Shown one piece after another: positions 1 to 12,055 of a stretch of 64,000 nucleotides of DNA. Source of the stretch: an uncultured delta proteobacterium (GTDB lineage Bacteria > Myxococcota_A > UBA9160 > UBA4427); assembly GCA_963822965.1 (NCBI GenBank), contig CAWGJT010000010.1:512001-576000 (forward strand). The letters are read 5' to 3'. The notes below the pieces were generated by a model. The model was not told the origin of the DNA, did no database searches, and worked only from the letters and a program-made list of their open reading frames with translations. Numbering within the stretch: position 1 is the stretch's first letter; every line of letters starts with the position of its first letter. The position numbers and the translations under genes were made by a program.

Positions 1-571
<571 letters not shown>

Positions 572-599
572 GCCGTCCCCTCCCCGACCGATTCCGTGA

Positions 600-3204
600 C
601 GCCTGGCCTCGTCACGGGAAGCCAGAGCGAGCGCAGGGCGTGCGGGGGCAGGGCGAAGCGGATCTCGCCGTCCCCGTGCTCGAGCGCGCCGTCGGCCGGG
701 CTCTCGTCGAGATGCACGAGGCGCGCGTCCGCGGCCGGGCGTGCGAGCCGCACGGTCGCCCGGACCGTGTCGTCTTTCCGGGTTCAGCAGCCGCAGCACG
801 CTGCCGTGCCCCGACTCGGCGGGCTTCCACGCGGACACGAGCAGCCCGCGCGGCTCGACCTCGAGCAGTGCCTGTCCGGCGGGCCACAGGGGCTCGTCCC
901 CGGCCGCCACCGCGCGCAGCCCCAGCTCGGCGTCACGCGCCAGTGTCGGCGCCTCTGCGGGGTCCGCCACGGCGAGCGAGAGCCGCACCTCGAGCGGCCC
1001 CTGGCATTGCGCGCCGGGCGTGGGCAGCGCCGGTCCCGCGTCGCCGGGACGGCTCGTGAGATCCGGGCGCGAGAGCCAGCCGGTGCACCGGAGCAGGGTC
1101 AGCGCGATGGCGCCGGTCTCGGTGATCTCGGCCTCGTTCAGGCCGGGTGCCATCACGACGAGACCGTCCCGCGCGATCCAGCCCTGCACCGGGAAGGTGT
1201 CCGGCGCCGGGTGGATCCATTCCCGGTCGTCCGGCCGCCCGCGCCGCCGCCGCACGGCGTCGAACGTGGTGCCGGCCATCGCCGCGGGCGCGTCGGGCCC
1301 CGACTGCGCCGGGGAGCAGGATCCGCAGACGGTGGTCCCGCGCCCGGTTCTCGATGCGGATCGTGAAGTCCACGCGCTCGATGCCCGGCGCCACGCGCGC
1401 CTCGACGGCCGTGTCGAGCGCGACCACCTCCCGGGCACGCGTCCGGCGGTCGGCCGCCAGGGCGACCGGCACGTGGAGCGTGCGCCGCACGACCAGGCGC
1501 TCGAGACCGTTCGGGTGCCGGAAGCGCTCCACCGAGCACGAGACGGCCTCGAGATCCGGGGTCCCGTGGGCGGGCGGCGCCGGATCGTAGTCGTAGGTGT
1601 CGCCGCGGTCGCCCGTGTCCTCGAAGGCGAGCAGGCCCTGGCGCACGCGGCCCACCGGTCTGCAGGGTGAAGGTGCCGTCCTCGGCTGCTTGCAGGCGCA
1701 GGGACTCGTTGCCGATCTCGCGCCCGGCGTCCACCGTCTCCGTCCACGGCTCGGAGCGCGCGAGCTCGAGGTGCTTCCAGCCGAAGGCGGGCACGTCCCG
1801 GGCCACGAACTCGAGGTCGTGGACGGGCTGGTCCGGCGCGAGCCGGGGCCGCTCGGTGCCCTCGTCCGGGACGAGGCGCGCCGGCAGGCCGTCGAGGGTG
1901 AAGCCGCGAGCCTGGTGGTTCTTGGAGAGGAGCGGGTGGACGCCCTGGGAGGTAGCGGTCGGAAAGCCGTCGAGCGGCAGCCGCACCACGTCGGTGCGCG
2001 GATGCGGAGACGGGTTGAAGACGGCGATCGAGACCGTCTTGCGCCGCCGTCCGGCGCCGTCCCGGGTGCGGATCTGGCGGTCGGCGCCCAGGCCCGCGAT
2101 CCGCTCGAGCAGGCGCGCGCTGGTCTCCCGGCCGAGCTCCTCCGCGGCGTCGTAGCGCGCGAGCATCTGGTCGTGGACCCGGTCCTGGGAGCAGCCGCAG
2201 ATCGAGTCGTGGGCCTGGTTGGCCAGCAGCTCCCGCCAGGCGAGTCGCAGGGAAGGGCGCTCGCAGGGCGTGCCCAGCGCGCGTCCGATCGCGGCGAACG
2301 GCTCGGCCCAGCCCTCGAGGCCGCTCTCGCAGGCACGGTTGCGGAGCTTGAGGTAGGTGCGCGTCGACCAGACGCCGGGCAGCAGGTTCGCCACCCGGCC
2401 GCCGCACAGCTCGCCCTCGAAGCGCGCCGCGGGCGGACCCTCGGCCTCGATGCCGGCGCTGTAGTCGTGCAGGAGCCCCCGGACCACCTGCCAGCCGGTG
2501 CGCCGGGCGAGGGCCTCGCTCACCTCGCGGGTGTTGGTGTCGGGGAGCATGTGGTCGACGCCGTTCATCAGCAGCACGCAGGGTCGCGGCGCCCGCTCCG
2601 CCAGGGTCTGGACCATCTTCTCCAGGCGGCCCGCCGCCTCTTCCACGTCCGCGGGGAGACCGTTGGCGTTGAAGTAGCCGCGTCCCAGGTGGCAGGCGAT
2701 CACCTCGCTCCCGTCCGGCGCCGCCCAGCGGTACTCGGCGGGCAGCTCCGCGATCTCGTTGCCGTTGCCTCGCCAGTAGATGAAGGGCCCGAGCCCGAAG
2801 CCGGCGAAGATCTGCGGGAGCTGGGCGGGATGCCCGAACGAGTCGGGCGTGTAGGCGACCGTCGCGCAGGGCCCGTAGTCCGCGGCCACCCGGCGACCCT
2901 CGAGCAGGTTGCGGACGTGGGCCTCGCCCGAGGGCAGGAAGGAGTCCGGCTGCACGTACCAGGGGCCGATGGCGACCCGTCCGGCACGGCAGGCCGCCTC
3001 GAGCTCGCTCCGGCGCTCCGGACGGATGGCCACGTAGTCCTCGAGGACGATCGTCTGGCCGTCGAGCTGGAAGTGGAAGCCCGGGTCCTCCGCCACCAGG
3101 TCGAGCACCCGGTCGATCGTGTCGACGAGGCGGGCCCGAAAGGACTGGAACGTGCGGTACCACTCCCGGTCCCAGTGGGTGTGCGAGACCAGGACGCAGC
3201 GCAT
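600..3204 (-). CDS. Glycoside hydrolase family 38 alpha-mannosidase / mannosylglycerate hydrolase-like (frameshifted near 1650 and 780; 3' end approximate)
   Basis: N-terminus MRCVLVSHTHWDREWY, FHFQLDGQTIVLEDY, GPWYVQPD, PDSFGH, LLMNGVDH, NQAHDSICGCS; C-terminal ALTLLRCTGWLSR and SAWKPAE; GGAGG RBS upstream. Confidence 0.9.
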
Positions 3205-3350
3205 CGTGGAGACCTCCATGCTCGGGCCCGTCGCCGAGCCGGTCGGCTGTGCGCCCGGCGCGCGACGCGGTGGCCGGCTGGCCGACGGACCCCGCTGGGC
3301 TCCCTCGTGAGGCGGAACCGCGACCCCGGACTTCGTCTCGGGTCGCGCGC

Positions 3351-3839
3351 CTAGGCCGGCTCCCGGTAGTCCGGGTAGTGCTTGCGCGGCACCAGCTTCC
3401 GCCGCATTTCGTCGATGCCCCGCAGCACGTCGCGCCGGCTCACCTGGCCCACGAGACGGTTCCCCTCCATCACGGGGAAGCGGCGCACCGGCTTGTCGCG
3501 AAAGTACAGCGCCAGCCGGTAGATGTCGCAGTCCGGCTCGACGGTCTCGTAGCGTTCGGTCATGTAGTCGCGGACCCGGGACTCGTAGTCCTCGGAGTGG
3601 AACTGGTCGCTCGCGAGCACGCCCAGGCAGTCGAGCTCCTCGAGCATGCCGAGGATCTTGCCGTTCTCGTCGACGACCGGCGCTCCCGAGATCCGGCTGG
3701 CGACGAGCTTCTGGATGGCCTCGAAGACGCTCATGTCGGGCGTCAGGGTAATTACCGAGCCGACCATGACGTCCCGGGCGGTCGGAATCGCGTAGTGCTG
3801 CTGGGAACTGATTGGCGCAGACGACTGGGAATTGGCCAT
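3351..3839 (-). CDS. CBS-domain protein
   Basis: Tandem CBS pair: ARDVM...ISGAPVVDENGKILGML and VRDYMT...RRFPVMEGNRLVGQVSRRD. Confidence 0.85.
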   Translation of the reverse strand: MANSQSSAPISSQQHYAIPTARDVMVGSVITLTPDMSVFEAIQKLVASRISGAPVVDENGKILGMLEELDCLGVLASDQFHSEDYESRVRDYMTERYETVEPDCDIYRLALYFRDKPVRRFPVMEGNRLVGQVSRRDVLRGIDEMRRKLVPRKHYPDYREPA

Positions 3840-4041
3840 GACGTGGCTCCCTTTTCTGGCGCCGTCCGGCCGGCCTTCGCACCCGGCTCGGGTGACCGGC
3901 AGCACCTGCGCGGCTCGCGGCGCGCCGCGCGACCCCCGCAGAGTACGCCCTCGCGGGGTCGCGAGCCAAGCGCCCCCCAGGCGGACGCGCCCCGGCGCCG
4001 CCCCGAGGCCCGGGAATCGCCATTTTGGCCGCGCAGATACG

Positions 4042-4070
4042 TTGTCGGATTGCCGGGGCACCCCTAATCT
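4042..4070 (+). promoter_or_regulatory. Putative sigma70 promoter of the nqr operon
   Basis: TTGTCG-N17-TAATCT, about 130 nt upstream of nqrA. Confidence 0.55.
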
Positions 4071-4203
4071 CTGCCCCACCGCGACCGGGCCCCCCCGCGA
4101 TTCCAGCGCTCCCGTACGGGCGCAGGTCGCTCCACCGGTTCGCATGGAAGCCGAACGCAGAGAAGCGAAACACCCACGACTTCAGAGAAGCTGAAACCCC
4201 ACG

Positions 4204-5607
4204 ATGGCTCTTCACAAGATCGAGAAGGGGCTTGACCTCCCCATTATGGGCGTGCCGATCCAGGTGGTTCGGGAGCGCGTCCGTCCGCAGCGTGTCGGCC
4301 TGATGGCCGACGATTTCCCGGGCATGAAGCCGGCGATGCGGATCAAGGAGGGGGAGACCGTCAAGCGCGGCCAGGTTCTCTTCGAAGACCGCAAGAACCC
4401 CGGCGTGCTGCACACGGCGAGTGCGGCAGGACGCGTGATCGGCGTGCACCGCGGTGCGAGGCGGACGCTGCAGTCGATCGTGATCGACCTGTCGCCCGCA
4501 GAACGCGAAGCCGCGCGCCCCAACGACGTGCCCGACTCGGAGCTCGTCGCATTCGAGAGCTTCACGGGGCGAGACCCGCGCAGCCTCGACCGCGACCAGG
4601 TGAAGGCGCTCCTCGTCGAGTCGGGGCAGTGGACGGCGCTGCGGACGCGCCCCTACAGCAAGGTCCCCGCGGTGGATTCCGAGCCCTACGCCCTCTTCGT
4701 GACGGCGATGGACACGAACCCCCTCGCGCCCCTGCCCGAGGTGGCGCTCGACGGACGGCAGGCGGATTTCGACCGGGGCCTCCACGCGCTCTGCAAGCTC
4801 ACCCCCGGCACGACCTATCTCTGCGTCGACCCTCACTCGGGCATCGAGAAGGGCGTGACCGCGCCCGTAAAGGTCGAGCACTTCAGCGGACCGCATCCGT
4901 CGGGCACCGTCGGGCTTCACATCCACAAGCTCGCACCCGTGGGCCGGACCCGGACGGTCTGGCACATCCACTACGCGGACGTCGCGGCCATCGGCGCGCT
5001 CTTCGCGACCGGGAAGCTCGACGTGGAGCGCACCGTCTCCATCGCCGGGCCCGCCCGTGCAGGATCCGCGCCTGGTGCAGACGCGACTCGGCGCGGACGT
5101 GCTGGAGGTGGCGGGCGAGGGCTTCCGGGGGCCGTCGGACGACGAGGAGGTCCGGCTCATCGCCGGGTCGGTGCTGTCGGGCAAGAAGGCCATGGGCGAC
5201 GTGTTCGGCTACCTCGGCCGCCACGACCGCCAGGTGAGCGTGCTGCGGGAAGGGCGCGAGCGCGTCCTGCTGGGCTGGCTCGCGCCGGGCTTCGACGTCT
5301 TCTCGATCTTTCCCGTCTTCGTCTCGAAGCTCTTCTCGAGGAAGCGGTTCGCCTTCTCGACGAACACCCACGGCTCGCCGCGGGCCATGGTCCCATCGGC
5401 ATGTACGAAGAGGTCATGCCCATGGACATCCTGCCCACCTTCCTGCTGCGCTCCCTCATCGTCGGTGACGTGGAGCAGGCGGAGAGGCTCGGGGTACTCG
5501 AGCTCGACGAAGAGGACCTGGCGCTCTGCACCTTCGTGTGCCCGGGCAAGACGGACTACGGCCCGATCCTGCGCAGGAACCTCGAGATCCTGGAGAAGGA
5601 AGGCTGA
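4204..5607 (+). CDS. nqrA: Na+-translocating NADH:quinone reductase subunit A (compensating frameshifts near 5055 and 5390)
   Basis: MALHKIEKGLDLPI, GMKPAM, VTAMDTNPLAP, GPHPSG, LDEEDLALCTFVCPGKTDYGPILR. Confidence 0.95.
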   Translation: MALHKIEKGLDLPIMGVPIQVVRERVRPQRVGLMADDFPGMKPAMRIKEGETVKRGQVLFEDRKNPGVLHTASAAGRVIGVHRGARRTLQSIVIDLSPAEREAARPNDVPDSELVAFESFTGRDPRSLDRDQVKALLVESGQWTALRTRPYSKVPAVDSEPYALFVTAMDTNPLAPLPEVALDGRQADFDRGLHALCKLTPGTTYLCVDPHSGIEKGVTAPVKVEHFSGPHPSGTVGLHIHKLAPVGRTRTVWHIHYADVAAIGALFATGKLDVERTVSIAGPARAGSAPGADATRRGRAGGGGRGLPGAVGRRGGPAHRRVGAVGQEGHGRRVRLPRPPRPPGERAAGRARARPAGLARAGLRRLLDLSRLRLEALLEEAVRLLDEHPRLAAGHGPIGMYEEVMPMDILPTFLLRSLIVGDVEQAERLGVLELDEEDLALCTFVCPGKTDYGPILRRNLEILEKEG

Positions 5608-6830
5608 TGGATCCGATCCGCCAGGCGCTCGACAAGGCGGCACCCCTCTTCGAGAAGGGAGGGAAGCTCGAGAAGTTCCACGCCCTGTACGAGATGAACG
5701 ACACCATCCTCTACTCGACGGGGCACGTCACGGCCACGGCGTCCCACGTGCGCGACGGGATGGACCTGAAGCGCATGATGTTCGGCGTCGTCGTGGCCCT
5801 TGTGCCGTGCATCCTCTGGGCGATGTACAACACGGGCTACCAGGCGCAGTTCGCGATCGCGAGCGGCGCCGTGCCGCTGGACACCTGGCAGACCTGGCTG
5901 CTCCAGCAGGTGGGCTTCTCGTTCACCAACACGAACTTCGTCCTGTGCGCGATCCACGGGGCCCTCTACTACCTGCCGGTGCTGGTCGTGACGATGGCGG
6001 CCGGCGGTGCGGTGGAGGCGACCTCCGCCATGATCCGCGGGCACGAGGTGAACGAGGGCTTCCTCGTCACGGGCATGCTCCTGCCCCTCACCCTGCCGCC
6101 GACATCCCCCTGTGGATGGTGGCCCTCGGGACGCGTCTTCGCGGTGGTGATCGGCAAGGAGGTGTTCGGCGGCACGGGGATGAACTTCCTGAACCCCGCC
6201 CTGGTGGGGCGCGCCTTCCTCTTCTTCGCCTATCCGGCCTACATGAGCGGCGACGTCGCCGTGGATCGCGGCCAACTTCAGCGGGGTCGACGCCTTCAGC
6301 GGGGCGACCTGGCTCGCCCAGGCCGCCGTGAGCTCCACGGCCCTGCGAGGCGGCGAGCTGGTCGAAGGCGTTCTTGGGGCTGATCCCGGGCTCGATGGGC
6401 GAGACCTCGACGTTCTGCTGCCTGCTCGGCGCCGTGCTTCCTGATCGTCCACGCGGATCGGCTCCTGGCGGAGCATGGCGGGCGTCGTGGTCGGGAACGA
6501 TCGCGATGACCCTGGTGCTGAACCTCGCGGGCTCCCAGACCAACCCGTTCTTCGCAGGTGCCCTTCTACTGGCACATGGTGCTCGGCGGCTGGGCCTTCG
6601 GCACCGTATTCATGGTCACCGACCCGGTCTCGTCCGCGTTCACGGACCGGGGTCGCTGGCTCTACGGCATCGGGATCGGCGTGCTGTGCATCCTGATCCG
6701 CGTCGTGAACCCCGCCTATCCCGAAGGGATGATGCTCGCGATCCTCTTCATGAACATGTTCGCGCCGCTGATCGACCACTTCGTCGTGCAGGCGAACATC
6801 CGCCGACGTGAGGCCGGCTATGCAACATAG
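5607..6830 (+). CDS. nqrB: Na+-NQR subunit B (frameshifted)
   Basis: TGATG coupling to nqr[50 protein letters not shown] site, [22 protein letters not shown]. Confidence 0.95.
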
Positions 6831-7637
6831 TACGCGCTACATCCTGCTCTTCGCGGCGGCGGTGTGCGGCATCTGCTCGGTGTTCGTGGCCGGCGCCGCC
6901 GTCCTGCTGAAGGACCGCCAGGAGGTGAACGTCGCGCTGGACCGGCAGAAGAAGGTGCTGACGGTCGCCGGTCTGATGCAGGAGGGCGAGTCGGTCTCCC
7001 GGGCCGAGGTCACGCGTCTCTTCGACGAGAACATCGTGCCGGAGGTCGTCGACCTCGAGCACCGGCGAGCCGCCAGGAGAACATCGACCCGACCGACCTT
7101 CGACCAGCGCAAGGCGACGGCCGATCCCGCGACCAGCCACGAGGCGCCGCCCAATCCGGCCAAGGTCCGGCGTCTGCCGAAGGACGGACTCGTCTACCGG
7201 GTCGTGAAGGACGGAAAGCTCCAGGCGATCATCATCCCGATCGAGGGCAAGGGGCTGTGGTCCACGCTCTACGGCTTTCTGGCCCTGGCGCGCCGACGCG
7301 CGCACCATCGTCGGCATCACGTTCTACGAGCACGGCGAGACCCCGGGCCTGGGCGGCGAGGTCGACAATCCCCGCTGGAAGGCGCTGTGGAAGGGCCGCA
7401 AGGCCTACGACCCCCAGGGCCAGCCGGTGATCGCCGTCAAGAAGGGCGTGGCGGGTCCGCCGGAGACGGATCCCGTACGAGGTGGACGGTCTCTCGGGGG
7501 CGACCATCACGAGCCGCGGCGTGGGCAACCTCGTGCGCTTCTGGCTCGGCGAAGATGGCTTCGGCCCCTACCTGAAGCAGGTCCAGGAACACCGGCAAGC
7601 CGATGCAGGACCCGAGCGAGTGGGAGGAAGCACCTGA
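6820..7637 (+). CDS. nqrC: Na+-NQR subunit C (frameshifted)
   Basis: [68 protein letters not shown] motif. Confidence 0.95.
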
Positions 7638-8310
7638 TGGCGCACCACGACCGAGAAACGCTGCTCGATCCGCTCTTCAACAACAACCCGATCGCGCTGC
7701 AGGTGCTCGGCATCTGCTCGGCGCTGGCCGTCACCACGAAGATGAGCACCGCGCTCGTGATGAGCCTGGCGGTGACCGGCGGTGATGCTGGGCTCGAACG
7801 TCGCGATCAGCGCGATCCGCAACCAGATCCCGTCGAGCATCCGCATCATCGTGCAGCTGACGATCATCGCCTCGCTGGTGATCGTGACCGACCAGATCCT
7901 GAAGGCCTATCTGTTCGACATCAGCAAGCAGCTCTCGGTCTTCGTCGGCCTGATCATCACGAACTGCATCGTGATGGGCCGCGCCGAGGCGTTCGCGATG
8001 CAGAACACCGCTGAAGCTCTCGGCCCTCGACGGCATCGGCAACGGCCTGGGCTACTCGGTCGTGCTGATGTCGGTCGCGTTCATCCGCGAGCTCTTCGGC
8101 AGCGGCAAGCTCTTCGGCTACACGGTGCTGCAGCCGGTGACCGAGGGCGGCTGGTACGTGCCGAACGGCCTGATGGTGCTGGCCCCCGCGGCGTTCTTCC
8201 TGATCGGTGGATTCATCTGGATCATTCGCAGCTGGAAGCCCGAGCAGGTGGAGGAGGAGTTCCATGTTGGAGCACTACTTGAGCTTGGCAACGAAGGCCA
8301 TCTTCGTTGA
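7637..8310 (+). CDS. nqrD: Na+-NQR subunit D (frameshifted)
   Basis: [54 protein letters not shown]. Confidence 0.95.
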
Positions 8311-8878
8311 GAACATGGCGCTGGCCTTCTTCCTCGGGATGTGCTCGTTCCTGGCCGTCTCGAAGAAGGTGGAGACCGCGATCGGTCTGGGCGGCGCGGT
8401 CATCTTCGTGCTGGCCGTCACCACGCCGCTGAACCAGTTCCTGCACTCGCAAGTTCCTGGAGGAGGGCGTCTCTCGACTGGATGGGGCTCCGGAACGTGA
8501 ACCTCTCGTTCCTCACCTTCCTGGTGCTGATCGGGACGATCGCGGCGACGGTGCAGATCGTGGAGATGGCGCTCGACCGCTACTCGCCGGGCCTCTACAA
8601 CGCCCTGGGCGTGTTCCTGCCGCTGATCGCGGTGAACTGCGCCATCCTGGGCGCGTGCGCTCTTCATGGTGGAGCGCGACTACACCTTCGCCGAGGCGTC
8701 GGTCTTCGGCCTCGGCTCGGGGATCGGCTGGGCGCTGGCGATCGTGGCGCTGGCCGCCGTCCGCGAGAAGCTGCGCTACAGCAACGTGCCGCCGCCGCTG
8801 CGCGGGCTCGGCATCACCTTCATCATCGTCGGTCTGATGGCGATCGGCTTCATGGCCTTCTCCGGCATTCAGCTCTAG
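8264..8878 (+). CDS. nqrE: Na+-NQR subunit E (frameshifted)
   Basis: [70 protein letters not shown]. Confidence 0.95.
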
Positions 8879-8923
8879 CAGCTCGGGAATCCAGCTCTCG
8901 CAACGGACGTGGACGAACGCGAC

Positions 8924-10158
8924 ATGATCACGGTCATCTACGGCGTCATCGGCTTCACCGTCATCGATCCTCGTGCTCGTGCTGGTGCTCCTCGCGGCCA
9001 AGAGCCAGCTCGTGACCAGCGGCGACGTCACGATCCACATCAACGACGATCCGGACAACGACCTCGACGGTGCAGGCCGGCAGCACGCTGCTCAGCACCC
9101 TGGCCGCCAACCACATCTTCATCCCCTCGGCCTGCGGCGGGCAAGGGCACCTGCGGCGTCTGCCGGGTGAAGGTGCTCGAGGGCGGCGGCGCGATCCTGC
9201 CCACCGAGCTCGGCCACATCACCCGCGGCGAGGCCCGCGAGGGCTGCCGCCTGTCCTGCCAGGTGAAGGTCAAGCAGGACATGAAGATCGAGATTCCCGC
9301 CGAGGTCTTCGACGTCCAGCAAGTGGAAGTGCAGGGTGCGCTCGAACCACAACGTCGCCACCTTCATCAAGGAGCTCGATCCTCGAGCTGCCCGAGGGCG
9401 AGGAGGTGCCCTTCCGGGCCGGCGGCTACATCCAGATCGAGTGCCCGCCGCACGAGGTCGCACTACAAGGACTTCGACATCGAGGAGGAGTACCGCGACG
9501 ACTGGGACAAGTTCGACGTGTGGCGGTACGTCTCGAAGGTCGACGAGACGGTCGACGCGCGCCTACTCGATGGCGAACTACCCGGAAGAGAAGGGCATCA
9601 TCATGCTCAACGTGCGCATCGCCTCGCCGCCGCCGCGCATGCCCGACGTGCCGCCCGGGCAACATGTCCTCCTACATCTTCAGCCTCAAGCCGGGCGACG
9701 AGGTGACGATCTCCGGGCCCTTCGGCGAGTTCTTCGCCAAGGACACCGACAACGAGATGGTCTTCATCGGCGGCGGCGCCGGCATGGCGCCCATGCGCTC
9801 GCACATCTTCGACCAGTTCCGGCGGCTGCACACCAAGCGCAAGGTGAGCTTCTGGTACGGCGCGCGCAGCCTGCGCGAGGCCTTCTACATCGAGGACTTC
9901 GACGCGATCGCGGCCGAGAACGAGAACTTCGAGTGGCACCTCGCCCTCTCGGAGCCCCTGCCCGAGGACAACTGGACGGGCTACACGGGCTTCATCCACC
10001 AGGTGCTCTACGACAACTACCTCAAGGACCACCCGGCGCCGGAGGACTGCGAGTACTACATCTGCGGTCCGCCGATGATGAACGACGCCGTCATCCAGAT
10101 GCTCACCGACCTGGGCGTCGAGCCCGAGAACATCATGTTCGACGACTTCGGCGGCTGA
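8924..10158 (+). CDS. nqrF: Na+-NQR subunit F (frameshifted)
   Basis: 2Fe-2S motifs [13 protein letters not shown] and [45 protein letters not shown], terminal DDFGG. Confidence 0.95.
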
Positions 10159-10172
10159 TCGCAGGGCGGGGG

Positions 10173-11258
10173 ATGGGCGCCCCGCTCGTCCAGCGCGGAC
10201 TCACGCGCCGCGTTCGGGTGATGCTCGCCGTCGCCGTGGTGGTGCTGGCCGCCGCGACGATCCACCGGCTCCTCTTCGCGGATCTCCCCGGTCCGATCTT
10301 CGAGTTCGCGGGCCCCACCATGGGCACCAGCTTCCTCGTGAAGGTGGCGGCGGCCTCGATGTCGCCGGGGACGCACGAAGAGATCGCGCGCACCCTCACG
10401 GATCGCCTGAAGCGGGTGAACGCCATGATGTCCACGTGGGATCCCGACTCGGAGATCTCGCGCTTCAACCGCCACGCCGGAACGGATCCCTTCCCGGTCT
10501 CGCCGGAGACCGCGCGGGTGCTGGCCGTCGCCCGGGAGGTGAGCGAGCGCTCGGGCGGCGCCTTCGACGTGACCGTGCGGCCCCTCGTGCAGGCGTGGGG
10601 CTTCGGGGACGGGGCGCGAAGGTGCCCGGGGGGCCCGAGCGAGGAGGAGCTCGCCGCCCTGCGCGAGCGGGTCGGGTGGCGCCGGGTTCGCGTGGGCGCG
10701 GACGGCCGCAGCCTCGTCAAGACCCGGCCCGACGTCACGTGCGACCTCTCCGCGATCGCCAAGGGCTACGCGGTGGACGCGCTGTCCGACGATCTGCTGC
10801 GGCTGGGCTTCCGGAACCACCTGGTGGAGGTGGGTGGGGAGCTGCGGGCCCGCGGCCGCAAGCCGGACGGGGATCCCTGGCGGGTGGCCATCGAGACGCC
10901 CCGCTCCGAGGGCGGTCGCAGCGTGTTCGACGTGGTGCTCCTGGACGACATGGGCATGGCCACGTCCGGCGACTACCGCAACTACTACGAGCGGGACGGC
11001 GTGCGCATCTCGCACACCATCGACCCCCGCGACGGCCGCCCGATCCGCCACGGGCTCGCCTCGGTGACGGTGCTGCATCCCGAGACCATGTGGGCCGACG
11101 CGTGGGCGACCGCCCTGGACGTGCTCGGTCCCGAGGTCGGATTCGATCGAGCCGAGGAGGAAGGCCTTCCGGCGTACTTCATCGTTCGCGAGCCGAGCGG
11201 CGGCTTCGAGAGCCGCGAGACGTCGAAGCTCGTCAGCCTGCGCGCGGCGTCCCCCTGA
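10173..11258 (+). CDS. apbE: FAD:protein FMN transferase
   Basis: [55 protein letters not shown]; canonical position after nqrF. Confidence 0.93.
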   Translation: MGAPLVQRGLTRRVRVMLAVAVVVLAAATIHRLLFADLPGPIFEFAGPTMGTSFLVKVAAASMSPGTHEEIARTLTDRLKRVNAMMSTWDPDSEISRFNRHAGTDPFPVSPETARVLAVAREVSERSGGAFDVTVRPLVQAWGFGDGARRCPGGPSEEELAALRERVGWRRVRVGADGRSLVKTRPDVTCDLSAIAKGYAVDALSDDLLRLGFRNHLVEVGGELRARGRKPDGDPWRVAIETPRSEGGRSVFDVVLLDDMGMATSGDYRNYYERDGVRISHTIDPRDGRPIRHGLASVTVLHPETMWADAWATALDVLGPEVGFDRAEEEGLPAYFIVREPSGGFESRETSKLVSLRAASP

Positions 11259-11307
11259 GCGGCTCCGGGCGGGACGCTCCGAGAGCGCCTGCTATTCTTG
11301 GCCCCGC

Positions 11308-11481
11308 ATGGAGACCTTCCTCGCCGCATTCGTGCTGTTCGCCGTCGTCATGGGCGCCATGGGGATCGGGGTGCTCGTGCACGGGCGCAGCCTGAAGGGG
11401 TCCTGTGGTGGCCCCGGCGGGGACTGCCCGTGTGACGAAGCCGCGCGTCGCGAGTGCGAGCTCAAGCGACGAGCCGACTGA
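11308..11481 (+). CDS. nqrM: Na+-NQR maturation factor NqrM (DUF539), 57 aa, absent from the ORF track
   Basis: METFLAAFVLFAVVMGAMGIGVLVHGRSLKGSCGGPGGDCPCDEAARRECELKRRAD*: one TM helix, LKGSCGG motif, 4 Cys, directly after apbE. Confidence 0.85.
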   Translation: METFLAAFVLFAVVMGAMGIGVLVHGRSLKGSCGGPGGDCPCDEAARRECELKRRAD

Positions 11482-11517
11482 TCCCCGGCGCCCGGATCGT
11501 CGCCGGGCCGATCTTCG

Positions 11518-11611
11518 GCCGATCCGACTCAGCCGATTCAGCCGATCCGACTCAGCCGATTCAGCCGATCCGACTCAGCCGATCCGACTCAGCCGATCCG
11601 ACTCAGCCGAT
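11518..11611. repeat. Tandem array of GCCGATCCGACTCA (5 copies) and GCCGATTCA (2 copies)
   Basis: Read directly; on the minus strand each unit repeats ATCGGCTGA, the last two codons and stop of the RidA gene. Confidence 0.9.
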
Positions 11612-11983
11612 ATAGGCGACGGCGTCGATCTCTACCGCCGCGCCGAGCGCGAGCGCCGCTCCGCCCACGGTGATGCGCGCCGGGGGGTCGCTCCCGATGA
11701 CCTCGAGGTAGGCGGCGTTCATCTCCGCGAACGTGTCCATGTCCGCCAGGAAGACGTTCACCTTGACCAGGTGCTCGAGCCCTGCGCCGCAGCCCTTCAG
11801 GATGGTCTCGATGTTGCGCAGGGTCTGGGTGGTCTGGGGACCCGTTCCGCCCTCGACGAGGGTGAAGCTGCCGGCTCGGGTTCCCAGGGTGCCGGAGACG
11901 TGGACGAACCCGCCCGCCACCACCGCGTGGCAGAACGCGGGCAGCTTGCCCAGGCCGTCGACGTTGACCTTCTTCGCCTTCAT
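11603..11983 (-). CDS. RidA/YjgF/UK114 family protein
   Basis: FVHVSG, QTLRNIETIL, VKVNVFLADMDTFAEMNAAY, PPARITV, VEIDAVA. Confidence 0.88.
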   Translation of the reverse strand: MKAKKVNVDGLGKLPAFCHAVVAGGFVHVSGTLGTRAGSFTLVEGGTGPQTTQTLRNIETILKGCGAGLEHLVKVNVFLADMDTFAEMNAAYLEVIGSDPPARITVGGAALALGAAVEIDAVAYIG

Positions 11984-11994
11984 CTCGTCACGCT

Positions 11995-12047
11995 CACGGC
12001 TTCGGTCTCCTGGAATCCACGGCTTCGGCCTCCTGGAATCCATGGCT
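11995..12047. repeat. 23-bp direct repeat (2.3 copies) upstream of the RidA gene
   Basis: CACGGCTTCGG(T/C)CTCCTGGAATC x2; the minus strand of each unit contains AGGAG. Confidence 0.8.
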
Positions 12048-12055
12048 GCGCGCCA

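Noticed and set aside
11518..11611. Repeat arrays (here and at 33236-33370) as mini-CRISPRs
   Set aside because: Units are contiguous, 9-24 bp long, lack unique spacers, and no cas genes are present.
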